The notes beneath the pieces were generated by a model. The model did not search any database. It saw only the letters and a program-made list of their open reading frames with translations, and had not been told where the DNA came from. The position numbers and the translations under genes were made by a program. Shown here piece by piece: positions 20,095-32,334 of a DNA stretch of 64,000 nucleotides (position 1 is the stretch's first letter; every line of letters starts with the position of its first letter). Source of the stretch: Mycobacterium sp. (GTDB lineage: Bacteria; Actinomycetota; Actinomycetes; Mycobacteriales; Mycobacteriaceae); the NCBI RefSeq assembly GCF_035570115.1, contig NZ_DATMLH010000240.1, positions 17,529-81,528 on the forward strand, read 5' to 3'.

Positions 20095-21528
20095 TTGGCG
20101 CGTGAGATCTCGCGTCAGACGTTTCTGCGGGGCGCCATCGGAGCGCTAGCCGCCGGTACGGTTCTGGGATCGGGCCGAGCCGGCGCCGATCCGATTGCCT
20201 CCGGCTGGGACCCGCTTGCCACCGCGATCGGCGGGCCGGTGATACGACCGGACAACGGTCAATTCGCAACGGCTAAACAGGTTTTCAACACCAACTACAA
20301 CGGCTCGGCGCCGGCGGCGATCGTCACCCCTACATCGCCGGCGGATGTGCAAAAGGCGATGGCATTCGCTGCTGCCAACAACCTCAAGGTCGCACCGCGT
20401 AGTGGTGGGCATTCCTATATCGGGGCGTCGACGGCGAACGGAACCATGGTGCTTGATCTGCGCCAGTTGCCCGGAGGGATCAATTACGACGCGGCCACCG
20501 GGCAGGTCACGGTGACGCCCGCCACCCAGCTGTATGCGCTGCACCAAGCGCTGGCCGCGGCCGGACGGGGGATCCCGACGGGTACCTGCCCGTCGGTCGG
20601 TAGCTCGGGGCACGCCCTGGGCGGCGGGCTGGGTGCCCATTCTCGGCACGCGGGCCTGATGTGTGACGCGTTGAGGTCGGCGACGGTGGTGCTGCCCGGC
20701 GGCCAGGCGGTCACCGCATCTGCGGCCAGCCAACCCGACCTGTTCTGGGCGTTGCGCGGAGGCGGTGGCGGCAACTTCGGGGTGACAACGGCGCTGACCT
20801 TCGCCACCTTCCCCACCAGTGACGTCGACGTGGTGAACCTCAATTTCCCGCCGCAGTCGTTCGCGCAGGTCCTTGTGGGTTGGCAGAATTGGCTGCGCAC
20901 CGCCGACCGCAGCAGCTGGGCACTGGCCGACGCCACCGTCGACTCGATGGGTACGCACTGTCGCATCATGGCGACCTGCCCGGCCGGCTCGGGTAACAGC
21001 GCGGCGAGCGCCATCACGTCAGCCGTCGGGATGCAACCGACCGGGACCGAGAACCACACCTTCAACTACTTGGACCTGGTGAGGTATCTGGCCGTCAACA
21101 ATCTCAACCCGGCGCCGCTCGGATACGTCGGCGGATCTGATGTTTTCCCGACCATCAACGCGGGCGCGGCTCAGGGCATCGCCGCGGCGGTCGACGCCTT
21201 TCCTCGTGGCGCGGGCCGCATGTTGGCCATCATGCATGCCCTCGACGGCGCCCTCGCCGGTGTCGCACCGGGAGCCACAGCCTTTCCGTGGCGTCAGCAG
21301 TCCGCGCTGGTGCAGTGGTACGTCGAAACGTCCGACCCGTCGGCAGCGACCAACTGGCTCACCACGGCACACCAAGCGGTGCGACCGTATTCAGTTGGCG
21401 GCTATGTGAACTACATCGAGGCCAACCAGCCGCCGTCACGGTACTTCGGCCCGAATCTGTCCCGGCTCAGCGCCGTCCGGCAGAAGTACGACCCCGGCCG
21501 AATCATGTTCTCCGGGCTCAACTTTTGA
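20095..21528 (+). CDS. Exported FAD-binding oxidoreductase, BBE family (Rv0063-like)
   Basis: RSGGHS, DLFWALRGGGGGNFGV, YVNY...KYDP; Tat-like leader SRQTFL. Confidence 0.9.
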   Translation: MAREISRQTFLRGAIGALAAGTVLGSGRAGADPIASGWDPLATAIGGPVIRPDNGQFATAKQVFNTNYNGSAPAAIVTPTSPADVQKAMAFAAANNLKVAPRSGGHSYIGASTANGTMVLDLRQLPGGINYDAATGQVTVTPATQLYALHQALAAAGRGIPTGTCPSVGSSGHALGGGLGAHSRHAGLMCDALRSATVVLPGGQAVTASAASQPDLFWALRGGGGGNFGVTTALTFATFPTSDVDVVNLNFPPQSFAQVLVGWQNWLRTADRSSWALADATVDSMGTHCRIMATCPAGSGNSAASAITSAVGMQPTGTENHTFNYLDLVRYLAVNNLNPAPLGYVGGSDVFPTINAGAAQGIAAAVDAFPRGAGRMLAIMHALDGALAGVAPGATAFPWRQQSALVQWYVETSDPSAATNWLTTAHQAVRPYSVGGYVNYIEANQPPSRYFGPNLSRLSAVRQKYDPGRIMFSGLNF

Positions 21529-21558
21529 CGCCGTTTCGATCCAGGTTCTGGTGCGCGA

Positions 21559-21942
21559 CTATTCAAGCGGATCTCTGGCACGTGCTTCAAGTGCCCGTGC
21601 TACCCGCTCGCCCTTGTCGGTGAGTTTTATCCATGCGGAGAATACCCAGGCCGGTGGATCGTCGTAATGGGTGACATAGACATCGGAAATCTTCTGTATT
21701 CATGTATCGAGTGACTCTTTCCAGGCGGCGAAACGCCCATGCTCACCGGACAGATCGCCCAGCACGAACAGCTCGTCTCCGACCAAAGTGCGGATCGTCT
21801 CCAAGGTTTCGCTCTGCACTTCTGAAAGCGATGCCGACGGAAGTTCCTGCTTGACGTGACAATGAACGGCATTTAGGTCGACCCAATCGGCAACACCGGC
21901 AGTAATTAGTGCCTCACGTACTTTCTCGCGTGCGGTGGTCAT
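21559..21942 (-). pseudogene. ~127-codon hypothetical gene with an internal TGA
   Basis: The frame continues past TGA 21700-21702 (SLDT*IQKISDVYVTHYDDPPAWVFSAWIKLTDKGERVARALE) to TAG 21559-21561. Confidence 0.7.
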
Positions 21943-22088
21943 TCGGTGAGTCCTCGATTTCGTTATGGTTCAAATTCGGGTAAGTCGGCCAGCTCACAGT
22001 AGTGATTCTTGCCGGTTATCCACAGTTGCAATTTCATCCACACCTGGGGCTTCGGGCGGCCTCGCGCGTCAGCCGCGATCGATACAAT

Positions 22089-22104
22089 TCGAACATGCAT
22101 TCGA
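22089..22104. promoter_or_regulatory. LexA box overlapping the start codon of the HNH gene
   Basis: TCGAACATGCATTCGA; -10 TACAAT at 22083-22088. Confidence 0.85.
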
Positions 22105-23474
22105 GTTGTCGCGAGGAGATCGTCGAGCGGTTCGACGCATTCCGAGATGCGGTATCCGGATTGCTCGAGCTGTCTTTCGACGTGCTGACCTGCCCGGAAC
22201 TGCTGGGAATGCTGCAACGCCTGGAACAGGACACTCGGCGGCTACCGGTGCCCGGCCACGCTCTGATCAACCAACTCGCCCGGCAGGCCAGCGAGACGGA
22301 ATTGGGCGGCAAGCTCAGTCATGCGTTGTCCAATCGGCTGCTGATCAGCCGCGCCGAGGCTGCCCGGCGCATCCGCGAGGCCGAGGATCTTGGCCCGCGC
22401 CATTCAGTCACCGGTGAACCGTTGTCGCCACGGCTGGCGGCGACCGCCGAGGCGCAGCGCGCCGGAAAGATCGGCGATGGCCACGTCGCGGTGATTCGCG
22501 GATTTTGTCAGCGGCTGCCGGACTTCGTTGACGTCGAGACCCGCCAGGTAGCCGAAGCGCAGCTCGCTCGTCTCGGCGGCAAGCACCGCCCAGACGAATT
22601 GAGCAAGCTGGCCGACAAACTCGCCGACTGCCTCAACCCCGACGGTACTTTCACCGATGAGGACCGGGCTCGTCGGCGCGGAATCACCATCGGTAAACAA
22701 GGTCTCGACGGGATGAGCCCGATCACGGGGTATCTGACGCCCGAGGCGCGGGCCTCCATCGACGCCGTGTTCGCCAAATTAGCCGCTCCGGGCATGTGCA
22801 ACCCGGAGGATGACACCCCGTGCGTGGAGGGCAGCCCGTCGGAGACTTCCCTCGGTAACGACACGCGTAGCTCCGTTCAACGCAACCACGACGCGCTCAA
22901 CGCCGCCGCGCGCGCCCTGTTGGCGTCCGGTGATTTGGGCAAGCACAACGGCTTACCGGCATCCATCATCGTCACCACCACCTTGCGCGAACTGGAGGCT
23001 GGGGCGGGTAAGGGGCTCACCGGCGGCGGCACGCTACTACCCATGGGCGACGTGATTCGGCTGGCCCGCCACGCACATCATTACCTGTGCATTTTTGACA
23101 AAGGCGAGGCGATCGGGCTCTATCACACCAAGCGACTCGCCTCACCCGGGCAACGAATTGTCCTGTACGCCAAAGATCGTGGATGTTCACACCCCGGCTG
23201 TACCGTATCGGGTTACTACTGCGAGGTTCATCACTGCATCCCGTACGCCAAGTGCCGCACCACCGACGTCAACCATTTAACGTTCGGCTGCGGCGGCCAC
23301 CATCCGCTCGCCGAAGAGGGCTGGATCACCCGCAAAAACAAAGACGGTGAAACCGAATGGATCCCACCCCCGCATCTTGACCACGGGCAAGCCCGTATCA
23401 ATACTTTCCATCACCCCGAAAAGCTGCTTCGCTCCAGCGACGGCGACGGCGACGAGGACGACGACGCGGCGTAG
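22095..23474 (+). CDS. 13E12 repeat family (DUF222) HNH endonuclease protein
   Basis: [47 protein letters not shown]. Start moved to ATG 22095. Confidence 0.92.
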   Translation: MHSSCREEIVERFDAFRDAVSGLLELSFDVLTCPELLGMLQRLEQDTRRLPVPGHALINQLARQASETELGGKLSHALSNRLLISRAEAARRIREAEDLGPRHSVTGEPLSPRLAATAEAQRAGKIGDGHVAVIRGFCQRLPDFVDVETRQVAEAQLARLGGKHRPDELSKLADKLADCLNPDGTFTDEDRARRRGITIGKQGLDGMSPITGYLTPEARASIDAVFAKLAAPGMCNPEDDTPCVEGSPSETSLGNDTRSSVQRNHDALNAAARALLASGDLGKHNGLPASIIVTTTLRELEAGAGKGLTGGGTLLPMGDVIRLARHAHHYLCIFDKGEAIGLYHTKRLASPGQRIVLYAKDRGCSHPGCTVSGYYCEVHHCIPYAKCRTTDVNHLTFGCGGHHPLAEEGWITRKNKDGETEWIPPPHLDHGQARINTFHHPEKLLRSSDGDGDEDDDAA

Positions 23475-23497
23475 CGATGACGACGACCGGGGCGCAA

Positions 23498-24232
23498 TTA
23501 CGTCGACAGCGTCGCCCGCACGCACACCGTGACGTACGGCAGCGCCAGGCCTCCCGCGTTCGCCAACGCCGGATGGGTTGCCAGCAATTCGCGAACCTGG
23601 TCCAGTGTTTTGGTGCGCACTTCGGTCGGCGAGGTGATGCAGTAGCTCCGGGAGGCGACCAAGTCGATCAATGCCTGTGGCGTAAGGTAATTCGTCCACT
23701 CGACCTGATGGCGCTGTACGTCGGTGAACGGGTCGGCCAGTGTCACCTTGTCGCGGACCGGATCCCCATCGTGGCCGATGATGCGACCCAGCTCCCGCAC
23801 CCAGCCGAGCCGCGCGTCGCGAGTGTTCCACACCAAACCCAGTCGTCCGCCCGGCCGCAGCACCCGGGCCACTTCCGGGATTGCCCGCTCCGGGTTGAAC
23901 CAGTGCCAAGCCTGTGCGACGAGCACCGCATCAACGCTGTTGTCCGCCAGCGGAATTTCCTCCGCCGTGCCGAGCAGCGCGGGCGTGTCGGGCAGCGACG
24001 TGCGCAGCATTTCCAGCATCTCGGCGATCGGGTCGACGGCGACCACGTCCAGCCCGCGTTCCACCAGCCGAGTGGTCAGTTTCCCGGTCCCGGCGCCGAG
24101 GTCCAGCACGTCGCGAGCCCCGGCCGGCAACAGCCAGTCGATCGCGTCCGGCGGGTATGACGGTCGGCCGCGCTCGTAGGCGGCCGCTTCAGAGCCAAAC
24201 GACAACGAGCGGTCCTGCCGGGACTGGGTCAC
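23498..24232 (-). CDS. Class I SAM-dependent methyltransferase (Rv3342-like)
   Basis: [21 protein letters not shown]; GTGA overlap with metX. Confidence 0.92.
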   Translation of the reverse strand: MTQSRQDRSLSFGSEAAAYERGRPSYPPDAIDWLLPAGARDVLDLGAGTGKLTTRLVERGLDVVAVDPIAEMLEMLRTSLPDTPALLGTAEEIPLADNSVDAVLVAQAWHWFNPERAIPEVARVLRPGGRLGLVWNTRDARLGWVRELGRIIGHDGDPVRDKVTLADPFTDVQRHQVEWTNYLTPQALIDLVASRSYCITSPTEVRTKTLDQVRELLATHPALANAGGLALPYVTVCVRATLST

Positions 24233-25389
24233 CGTGGACACGCGCCTTGGCCGCTCGCCGATCCCACCGCCAGGTCGAGGGTTTGCCGCACCAGCTCACC
24301 CACCGCCTCGGATTCCACCAGGAAGCCGTCGTGGCCGTAGATCGACTCGACGATCTGCAGCTCGCGACATCCGGGCAACAGCTCGGCGAGTTCCTCTTGC
24401 AGGCGCAGCGGGTAAAGCCGGTCGGAGGTGATGCCGCCGACCACCACCGGCACCGGGCAGCCGCGCAGCGCGGCGGCTACACCGCCGCGGCCCCGGCCGA
24501 CGTCGTGACGGGACAGTGCTTCGGTGAGCACCACATAGCTGCCGGCGTCGAAGCGTGACACCAGTTTGCGGCCCTGGTGCTCCAGGTAGCTCTGCACCGC
24601 GTAGCGGCCGCCCGCCACCGGATCCGCGGGATCTTCCCCGCCCTGTGCGTCGTTGGCGAAGCGGGTGTCCAGCTCGACCTCGCCGCGGTACGTCAGATGT
24701 GCGAAGCGGCGGGCGATGTGCAGGCCGGCGGTGGGGCTGCGCCCGCTGCGGTAATAGTCGCCGCCCTGCCAGTTCGGATCGGCTTTGATGGCCGCGATCT
24801 GGGTGCACTGTGTGCCGATCTGGTCGGCGGTCGCGCGCGCACCCACCGCCAGCAGCAGACCCGCGCCCACCCGGTCGGGATGGCCGACGATCCACTCCAG
24901 TGCCCGGGCTCCACCCATCGACCCGCCCACCACTGCGGCGACCTCGGTGATGCCCAGCGCTGCCAGCGCGGCGATGTCGGCCTCGACCTGATCTCGCACC
25001 GAAATCAGTGGAAACCTTGAGCCCCAGGGCTTCCCATCAGGCGCGGTTGAGCTCGGGCCGGTCGAGCCGCGGCAGCCGCCCAACACATTGGTGGCCACCG
25101 CGCACCAGCGATCGGTGTCGATCGGCGCGCCCGGGCCGGCGATGCCGTCCCACCAGCCCGGCGTGGGATGTCCGGGCCCGACGGGTCCGGTGATGTGGGA
25201 ATCTCCGGTGAGCGCATGCAAGACCACCACGACGTTGTCGCGGGCAGGTGACAACTCGCCCCACCGCTGCACGGCGATGCTGACGTCGTCGATCACCGCA
25301 CCGCTTTCCAGCGTCAGCGAGCCGATTTCGACAACGCCGACCTCACCGTCGGCGGGCAGCGTCTGCGTCGGCACATCCGAGATCGTCAT
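24229..25389 (-). CDS. metX: Homoserine O-acetyltransferase
   Basis: [21 protein letters not shown]; RBS GGAGG. Confidence 0.95.
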   Translation of the reverse strand: MTISDVPTQTLPADGEVGVVEIGSLTLESGAVIDDVSIAVQRWGELSPARDNVVVVLHALTGDSHITGPVGPGHPTPGWWDGIAGPGAPIDTDRWCAVATNVLGGCRGSTGPSSTAPDGKPWGSRFPLISVRDQVEADIAALAALGITEVAAVVGGSMGGARALEWIVGHPDRVGAGLLLAVGARATADQIGTQCTQIAAIKADPNWQGGDYYRSGRSPTAGLHIARRFAHLTYRGEVELDTRFANDAQGGEDPADPVAGGRYAVQSYLEHQGRKLVSRFDAGSYVVLTEALSRHDVGRGRGGVAAALRGCPVPVVVGGITSDRLYPLRLQEELAELLPGCRELQIVESIYGHDGFLVESEAVGELVRQTLDLAVGSASGQGACPR

Positions 25390-25399
25390 TTCGGCCTCC

Positions 25400-26779
25400 T
25401 CAGTACGCCGCCACGGCGTGCGGGTCACCGCTGCTGGCTGTGGCGCCGCCGCCGTATTTGCGAGCCGCGGCGAAGCCAAGCTCGAGGTCGGCCAGGATGT
25501 CGTCGATGCCTTCGATGCCCACGGCCAGCCGCACCAAACCGGGGCTCACACCGGTGGAGAGCTGCTCGGCGGGGCTGAGCTGGGAATGCGTTGTCGACGC
25601 CGGATGAATCACCAGCGATCGCACATCGCCGATATTGGCGACGTGGCTGTGCAGCTTGAGCGCGTTGACGAACGCCTTCCCCGCCTCGACGCCGCCGGCC
25701 AACTCGAAGGACAACACGGCTCCGGTTCCCTTGGGCGCCAGCTTCTTTGCCCGCTCGTACCAGGGCGAGCTGGGCAGGCCGGCGTAATTGACCGACAGCA
25801 CATCGTCGTGGCCGGCCAGGAATTCGGCGACTCGCTGGGCGTTGGCGACGTGGCGCTCGATACGCAGGCTCAGGGTTTCCAGGCCTTGCGCGACCAGGAA
25901 CGCGTTGAACGGCGAGGCCGCCGACCCGTAGTCGCGCAGCAATTGCACCCGCGCCTTGACCGCGAACGCGGGCGGTCCCAACTCCGCGTAGACCACGCCG
26001 TGGTAGCTGGGGTCGGGGGTGGTGAAGCCGGGGAAGCCGTCCTGTGTCCAGTCGAAGGTGCCACCGTCGACGATCACCCCGGCGATCGCGGCGCCATGCC
26101 CACCCAGGTACTTGGTGGCCGAGTGCACCACGATGTCGGCGCCCTGGGCGATCGGCTGGATCAGGTACGGGGTGGCGACGGTGTTGTCGACGATCAGCGG
26201 CACACCGTGCTCGTGGGCCACTCCCGACACTCCCGGGGTATCCAGCACGTCGATCTGCGGGTTGGAGATCGTCTCGGCAAAGAACGCCTTGGTGTTCGGG
26301 CGCACCGCGGCCCGCCACGAGTCCAGGTCGTCGGGGTCGTCGACGAAGCTGACGTCGACGCCCAGCTTGGGCAGCGAGTAGTGGAACAGGTTGTAGGTGC
26401 CGCCGTAGAGCCGCGGGCTGGACACGATGTGGTCGCCGGCGCCGGCCAGGTTCAAAATCGCGAACGTCTCCGCGGCCTGCCCGGAGGACAGGAACAGCGC
26501 GGCCACGCCGCCCTCCAGCGCCGCGATGCGCTGTTCGACGACGTCGGTGGTCGGGTTGCCGATACGGGTGTAGATGTTGCCCGGGACTTCCAGCCCGAAC
26601 AGCGCCGCGGCATGTGCGGTGTCGTCGAAGACGTAGGAAGTGGTCTGGTAGATCGGCAGCGCGCGAGCGTTGGTGGTCGGGTCCGGCTGTTGGCCGGCGT
26701 GGACCTGTTTGGTTTCGAACGACCAGTGCGCGGTCGGATCGGAATCGGTTTCGCTGTCAGCGTTGGTTTCGGAACTCAC
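25400..26779 (-). CDS. metY: O-acetylhomoserine/O-acetylserine sulfhydrylase (Mtb metC/Rv3340)
   Basis: [30 protein letters not shown]. Confidence 0.95.
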   Translation of the reverse strand: MSSETNADSETDSDPTAHWSFETKQVHAGQQPDPTTNARALPIYQTTSYVFDDTAHAAALFGLEVPGNIYTRIGNPTTDVVEQRIAALEGGVAALFLSSGQAAETFAILNLAGAGDHIVSSPRLYGGTYNLFHYSLPKLGVDVSFVDDPDDLDSWRAAVRPNTKAFFAETISNPQIDVLDTPGVSGVAHEHGVPLIVDNTVATPYLIQPIAQGADIVVHSATKYLGGHGAAIAGVIVDGGTFDWTQDGFPGFTTPDPSYHGVVYAELGPPAFAVKARVQLLRDYGSAASPFNAFLVAQGLETLSLRIERHVANAQRVAEFLAGHDDVLSVNYAGLPSSPWYERAKKLAPKGTGAVLSFELAGGVEAGKAFVNALKLHSHVANIGDVRSLVIHPASTTHSQLSPAEQLSTGVSPGLVRLAVGIEGIDDILADLELGFAAARKYGGGATASSGDPHAVAAY

Positions 26780-26880
26780 GAGGGTTGCTTTCTGGGAAGG
26801 AAGAGTCGGGTGGGTCGAGTGCTTGCAAGGTGCGCGGGACGCCATCCGGAGGCCTTGGACGTCGACCGGCAGTCATGCGG

Positions 26881-26925
26881 TCAGCAACTGCGACGCACGA
26901 TGAGCCAGCCCAAATAGGTGCGCAT
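26881..26925 (-). CDS. Putative leader peptide MRTYLGWLIVRRSC
   Basis: ATG with an upstream AGGG, lying between the riboswitch and metY. Confidence 0.45.
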   Translation of the reverse strand: MRTYLGWLIVRRSC

Positions 26926-26961
26926 CAGGTTTCCCTGTCTACTCTGGGGGCCCGTCACTGC

Positions 26962-27083
26962 GGACCCGCGCTTGCCGCGTAGCCGGTGGTGGCTACTACA
27001 ACCTGGTCATCACCCGGGGCACCCCACCGCGGTTGGAGGGTTGCCGGCCAGCAAGCCGGGGCTTGACGCTGGCGCTCATGACC
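26962..27083 (-). ncRNA. SAM-IV riboswitch
   Basis: GGTCATGAGCGCCAGCGTCAAGCCCCGGCTTGCTGGCCGGCAACCCTCC...GGGTGCCCCGGGTGATGACC...GGCAAGCGCG matches the SAM-IV pattern and sits upstream of the met genes. Confidence 0.92.
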
Positions 27084-27284
27084 TGCCAGAAGCGTATCGC
27101 ACGTTGCCGATGCGCCGCCACTAGCGGCGATCGCAAGGGCGGTAGAGCCAGGTGCCGCGGCCGCCGCTGTTGGGCCTAGCCGCAGCTGGAGGGACGTCGT
27201 ACGGGATACTGGTTGCCGTCGTTATAAAGCCTCTCAAATAGCACGCCTTCAAGAATCTGACCGATAGTGACGCCGGGAGAAACC

Positions 27285-29522
<2,238 letters not shown>

Positions 29523-29525
29523 CGT

Positions 29526-30566
29526 TCAGTCGACCAGTTCCCGGAGCGTCTCGATCAGCTTGATCCGGTCGGCCGGCGTTGCCGCGATCGGTACCACGTT
29601 CAACGCGGTCACCCCCGCGTCGCGGAACGCCGCCACACGTTCCTTGACGAACCCGCGTGTTCCGATCAGCGAGACATCACGCACGAGTTCGTCGGGCACC
29701 GTCTTGGCGGCGCCGTCCTTGTCGCCGGACAGGTAAAGCTCTTGGATGCGGTCGGCTGCAGCGCCGTAGCCGTAGCTGGTGGCCAGGGTGTGATAGAAGT
29801 TCTTGCCCTTGGCGCCCATTCCTCCGATGTAGAGCGCTAGGTGTGGTTTGACGAATTCAAGCAGTGGCCCGACGTTTTCGCCGATGGCCAGCGCGGGTCC
29901 CGCGTACACGTCGAGGTTTCCCAACGCAGGGTCGCGCTTGGCCCGGCCGGTGGCCAGGGCCTTACCCCAGACGTCTTGCGCCTTCTCCGGCAGATAAAAG
30001 ATCGGTTGCCAGCCTTCGGCGATCTCGGCGGCCAGCTCGACGTTCTTGGGCCCCAGCGCAGCCACCAAAATCGGGATACGTTCTCGAACAGGCTTATTGA
30101 TGAGTTTGAGCGGCTTGCCAAGCCCGGTGCCCTGTTCGGCAGGCAGCGGAATGGTGTAGTGCCTGCCCTGATGTTGCACGGTCTCGCGTCGCCACACCTG
30201 GCGGCAGATGTCGACGACTTCGCGGGTGCGTGCTATCGGAGCGTCGTACGGCACACCGTGGAAGCCCTCGATGACCTGGGGCCCCGACGCGCCGAGACCG
30301 AGGATGAAACGGCCGTCGGAAACGTAGTCGAGACCGGCGGCGGTCATCGCGGTCAAGGTGGGAGTTCGGGTGTAGAGCTGCAGGATTCCCGAGGCCAGTT
30401 GAACCCGTTCGGTGCTGGCCGCCAAATAGCCCAGTGCGCTCACCGCGTCAAACGAATACGCTTCGGGGACAAAGACAATATCCAAGCCGGCGCGCTCGAG
30501 GTCGGCCACTTCGGCAGCGACCTCCTTGAAGCCGCCTGCGTAGTTGATACCCAATCCAATCCGCAC
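29526..30566 (-). CDS. LLM-class F420-dependent oxidoreductase
   Basis: GRFILGLGASGPQVIEGFHG. Confidence 0.9.
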   Translation of the reverse strand: MRIGLGINYAGGFKEVAAEVADLERAGLDIVFVPEAYSFDAVSALGYLAASTERVQLASGILQLYTRTPTLTAMTAAGLDYVSDGRFILGLGASGPQVIEGFHGVPYDAPIARTREVVDICRQVWRRETVQHQGRHYTIPLPAEQGTGLGKPLKLINKPVRERIPILVAALGPKNVELAAEIAEGWQPIFYLPEKAQDVWGKALATGRAKRDPALGNLDVYAGPALAIGENVGPLLEFVKPHLALYIGGMGAKGKNFYHTLATSYGYGAAADRIQELYLSGDKDGAAKTVPDELVRDVSLIGTRGFVKERVAAFRDAGVTALNVVPIAATPADRIKLIETLRELVD

Positions 30567-30586
30567 GATCTATCCCTTCGGCGGCG

Positions 30587-31009
30587 CTACGCGCTGGTGA
30601 ACGATGCGTCTAGTTCGAGGGCTTCCTGCTGTATCCGATCGAACTGGGCGCCCATCGCCTCCGACAATGCCGTCGCACCCGACAGCGGCCGCACCATGAC
30701 GGTGAAATCGTCGATGAGGCCCTCATCGTTGAAGTGCAGGAAGTCGCAACCGTTGACCTTCTTGCCCGCAACGGTTGTCTCGAACACAAGCGCGTGGTCA
30801 TGGCCGTTGCTGTCGTGGATCTCGCGGACGTAGCGAAAATCTTCGAAGACCCGCAACACACCGCGCAGGATCGCCGCGGTGATCGGTTTGCCGACGTAGG
30901 GCTTGAATGCGACCGGGCTGGTGAATACGACGTCATCGGCCAGCATCGCCGCGATGGCCGACTCGTCACCTTCCTCGACTGCCTTGCGGAAGGGATGGGT
31001 AGCAGACAC
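30587..31009 (-). CDS. NTF2/SnoaL-like protein
   Basis: LADDVVFTSPV, GLIDDFTVMVRP. Confidence 0.88.
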   Translation of the reverse strand: MSATHPFRKAVEEGDESAIAAMLADDVVFTSPVAFKPYVGKPITAAILRGVLRVFEDFRYVREIHDSNGHDHALVFETTVAGKKVNGCDFLHFNDEGLIDDFTVMVRPLSGATALSEAMGAQFDRIQQEALELDASFTSA

Positions 31010-31084
31010 GGGGCACCTCGCATAGTCAACTTGTTGAGTAGGTGTGGTTGACGCTAGAGGGCCGATCGCCGTGTGTCCAGATGC

Positions 31085-31108
31085 GATTAATCACTTTATT
31101 GATTAATC
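31085..31108. promoter_or_regulatory. PadR operator candidate
   Basis: GATTAATCA-N6-TGATTAATC inverted repeat; a related site TAGTCAACTTGTTGAGTA lies at 31023-31040. Confidence 0.6.
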
Positions 31109-31128
31109 AGATATCGTACTATGGGTCG

Positions 31129-31698
31129 ATGTCGCTGCGTGACGCCGTGTTAGCCGCTCTTCTCGAGGGTGAGTCTTCTGGCTACGACCTGGCCAAGGGC
31201 TTTGACGCGTCGGTGGCGAACTTCTGGATGGCCACGCCACAGCAGCTGTATCGCGAACTCGAACGTCTTGCTGAGCAAGGCCTGATCCAGGCACGCGTCG
31301 TGCACCAGGAACGTCGACCCAACAAGCGGATGTTCTCGCTGACCGAGGCGGGCCGCGAGGCGATCCGCGAGTTCACCAGGACCTCTCCGAAGCCCTCGGT
31401 AATCCGTGACGAGCTGATGGTGAAGGTCCAGGCCGCCGATGCCGGTGACGCGGCGGCTGTCCGCGACTTCATCACCGAACGAGGGGAACGGGCCCAGGCC
31501 AAAGTCCATCGCTACGAGCGGCTGCGTCACCGGCTGCTCGATGGCCGCAGCGAAGCGGAATACCTGGCCACGGCGCAGCGGATAGGCCCCTACCTGACGT
31601 TGATGCGCGGGATCTCGTTCGAAGAAGAGAACATCCGATGGGGTGAACGTGCCCTGAAGATCCTCGAACAGCGTCAAGGCGCGGGGTCTGCCAAGTAG
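31129..31698 (+). CDS. PadR family regulator
   Basis: SGYDLAKGF...QQLYRELERL...RPNKRMFSLTEAG. Confidence 0.92.
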   Translation: MSLRDAVLAALLEGESSGYDLAKGFDASVANFWMATPQQLYRELERLAEQGLIQARVVHQERRPNKRMFSLTEAGREAIREFTRTSPKPSVIRDELMVKVQAADAGDAAAVRDFITERGERAQAKVHRYERLRHRLLDGRSEAEYLATAQRIGPYLTLMRGISFEEENIRWGERALKILEQRQGAGSAK

Positions 31699-32240
31699 TG
31701 GGCGAGCACCGGGCGCAGCCATTCGATGAGTTGGGCATCGTCCATACCGGCGAGTGGCGGGACAACCAGGATGTAGCGAGCGACGGCAAGGCCCAGGAGC
31801 TGCGATCCCACCAGGGCGGCCCGCTCGGCGGGATGATCGGGCGCGACCGCGGATAGTGCGGGGGCCACTTGGTCGACGAAAACTTGGAGCAGGGCATCTG
31901 CGGCAACGCGATTCGTCGCGGCCGCGCGCAGCAGCGGGAGAAACGGTCCCTGCGGTCCCCAAACGGTGATGAACAGCGGCAGCAGGATGTCGGCAATACG
32001 GTCGGGTGCGACATCCGAGAGATCGGGAAACGTGATGTCGAACCGGGAGGCCGCGGCGAACAGTTCGGCCTTGCTGCCGAAGTAGTGCATGACGAGCGCC
32101 GGATCTACGCCGGCCTGCGATGCGACCGAACGGATCGTCGTGCGTTCAAAACCGTGGCTTCCGAACTGCGATCGTGCGACGTCCAGGATCGCTGCCCGGG
32201 TGGCCTGTCCATCACGTCCCTCACGCGCCTTCGATGGCAT
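31674..32240 (-). CDS. TetR family regulator
   Basis: TTIRSVASQAGVDPALVMHYFGSK. Confidence 0.92.
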   Translation of the reverse strand: MPSKAREGRDGQATRAAILDVARSQFGSHGFERTTIRSVASQAGVDPALVMHYFGSKAELFAAASRFDITFPDLSDVAPDRIADILLPLFITVWGPQGPFLPLLRAAATNRVAADALLQVFVDQVAPALSAVAPDHPAERAALVGSQLLGLAVARYILVVPPLAGMDDAQLIEWLRPVLAHYLADPAP

Positions 32241-32252
32241 GCCAATAGTGTA

Positions 32253-32315
32253 TTCAACAACTGTTGACACAGCTGGGACAACGGCCTACCGTCGAGTTCA
32301 ACAGTTGTTGAACTC
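32253..32315. promoter_or_regulatory. Two TetR operator palindromes
   Basis: TTCAACAACTGTTGA (32253-32267) and GAGTTCAACAGTTGTTGAACTC (32294-32315). Confidence 0.75.
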
Positions 32316-32334
32316 ATGACGAGAGGTCGGGGTC

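Noticed and set aside
21700-21702. TGA as a selenocysteine codon
   Set aside because: There is no redox-motif context or recognisable SECIS. A nonsense mutation or sequencing error is simpler.
22095-23474. HNH gene as an IS element
   Set aside because: No terminal inverted repeats, target duplication or transposase motif were seen.
25088-26917. Long antisense ORFs (609 aa here; also 57304-59295, 43665-45146, 51498-52868, 2120-3475)
   Set aside because: These are typical stop-poor shadows of well-identified genes in high-GC DNA.
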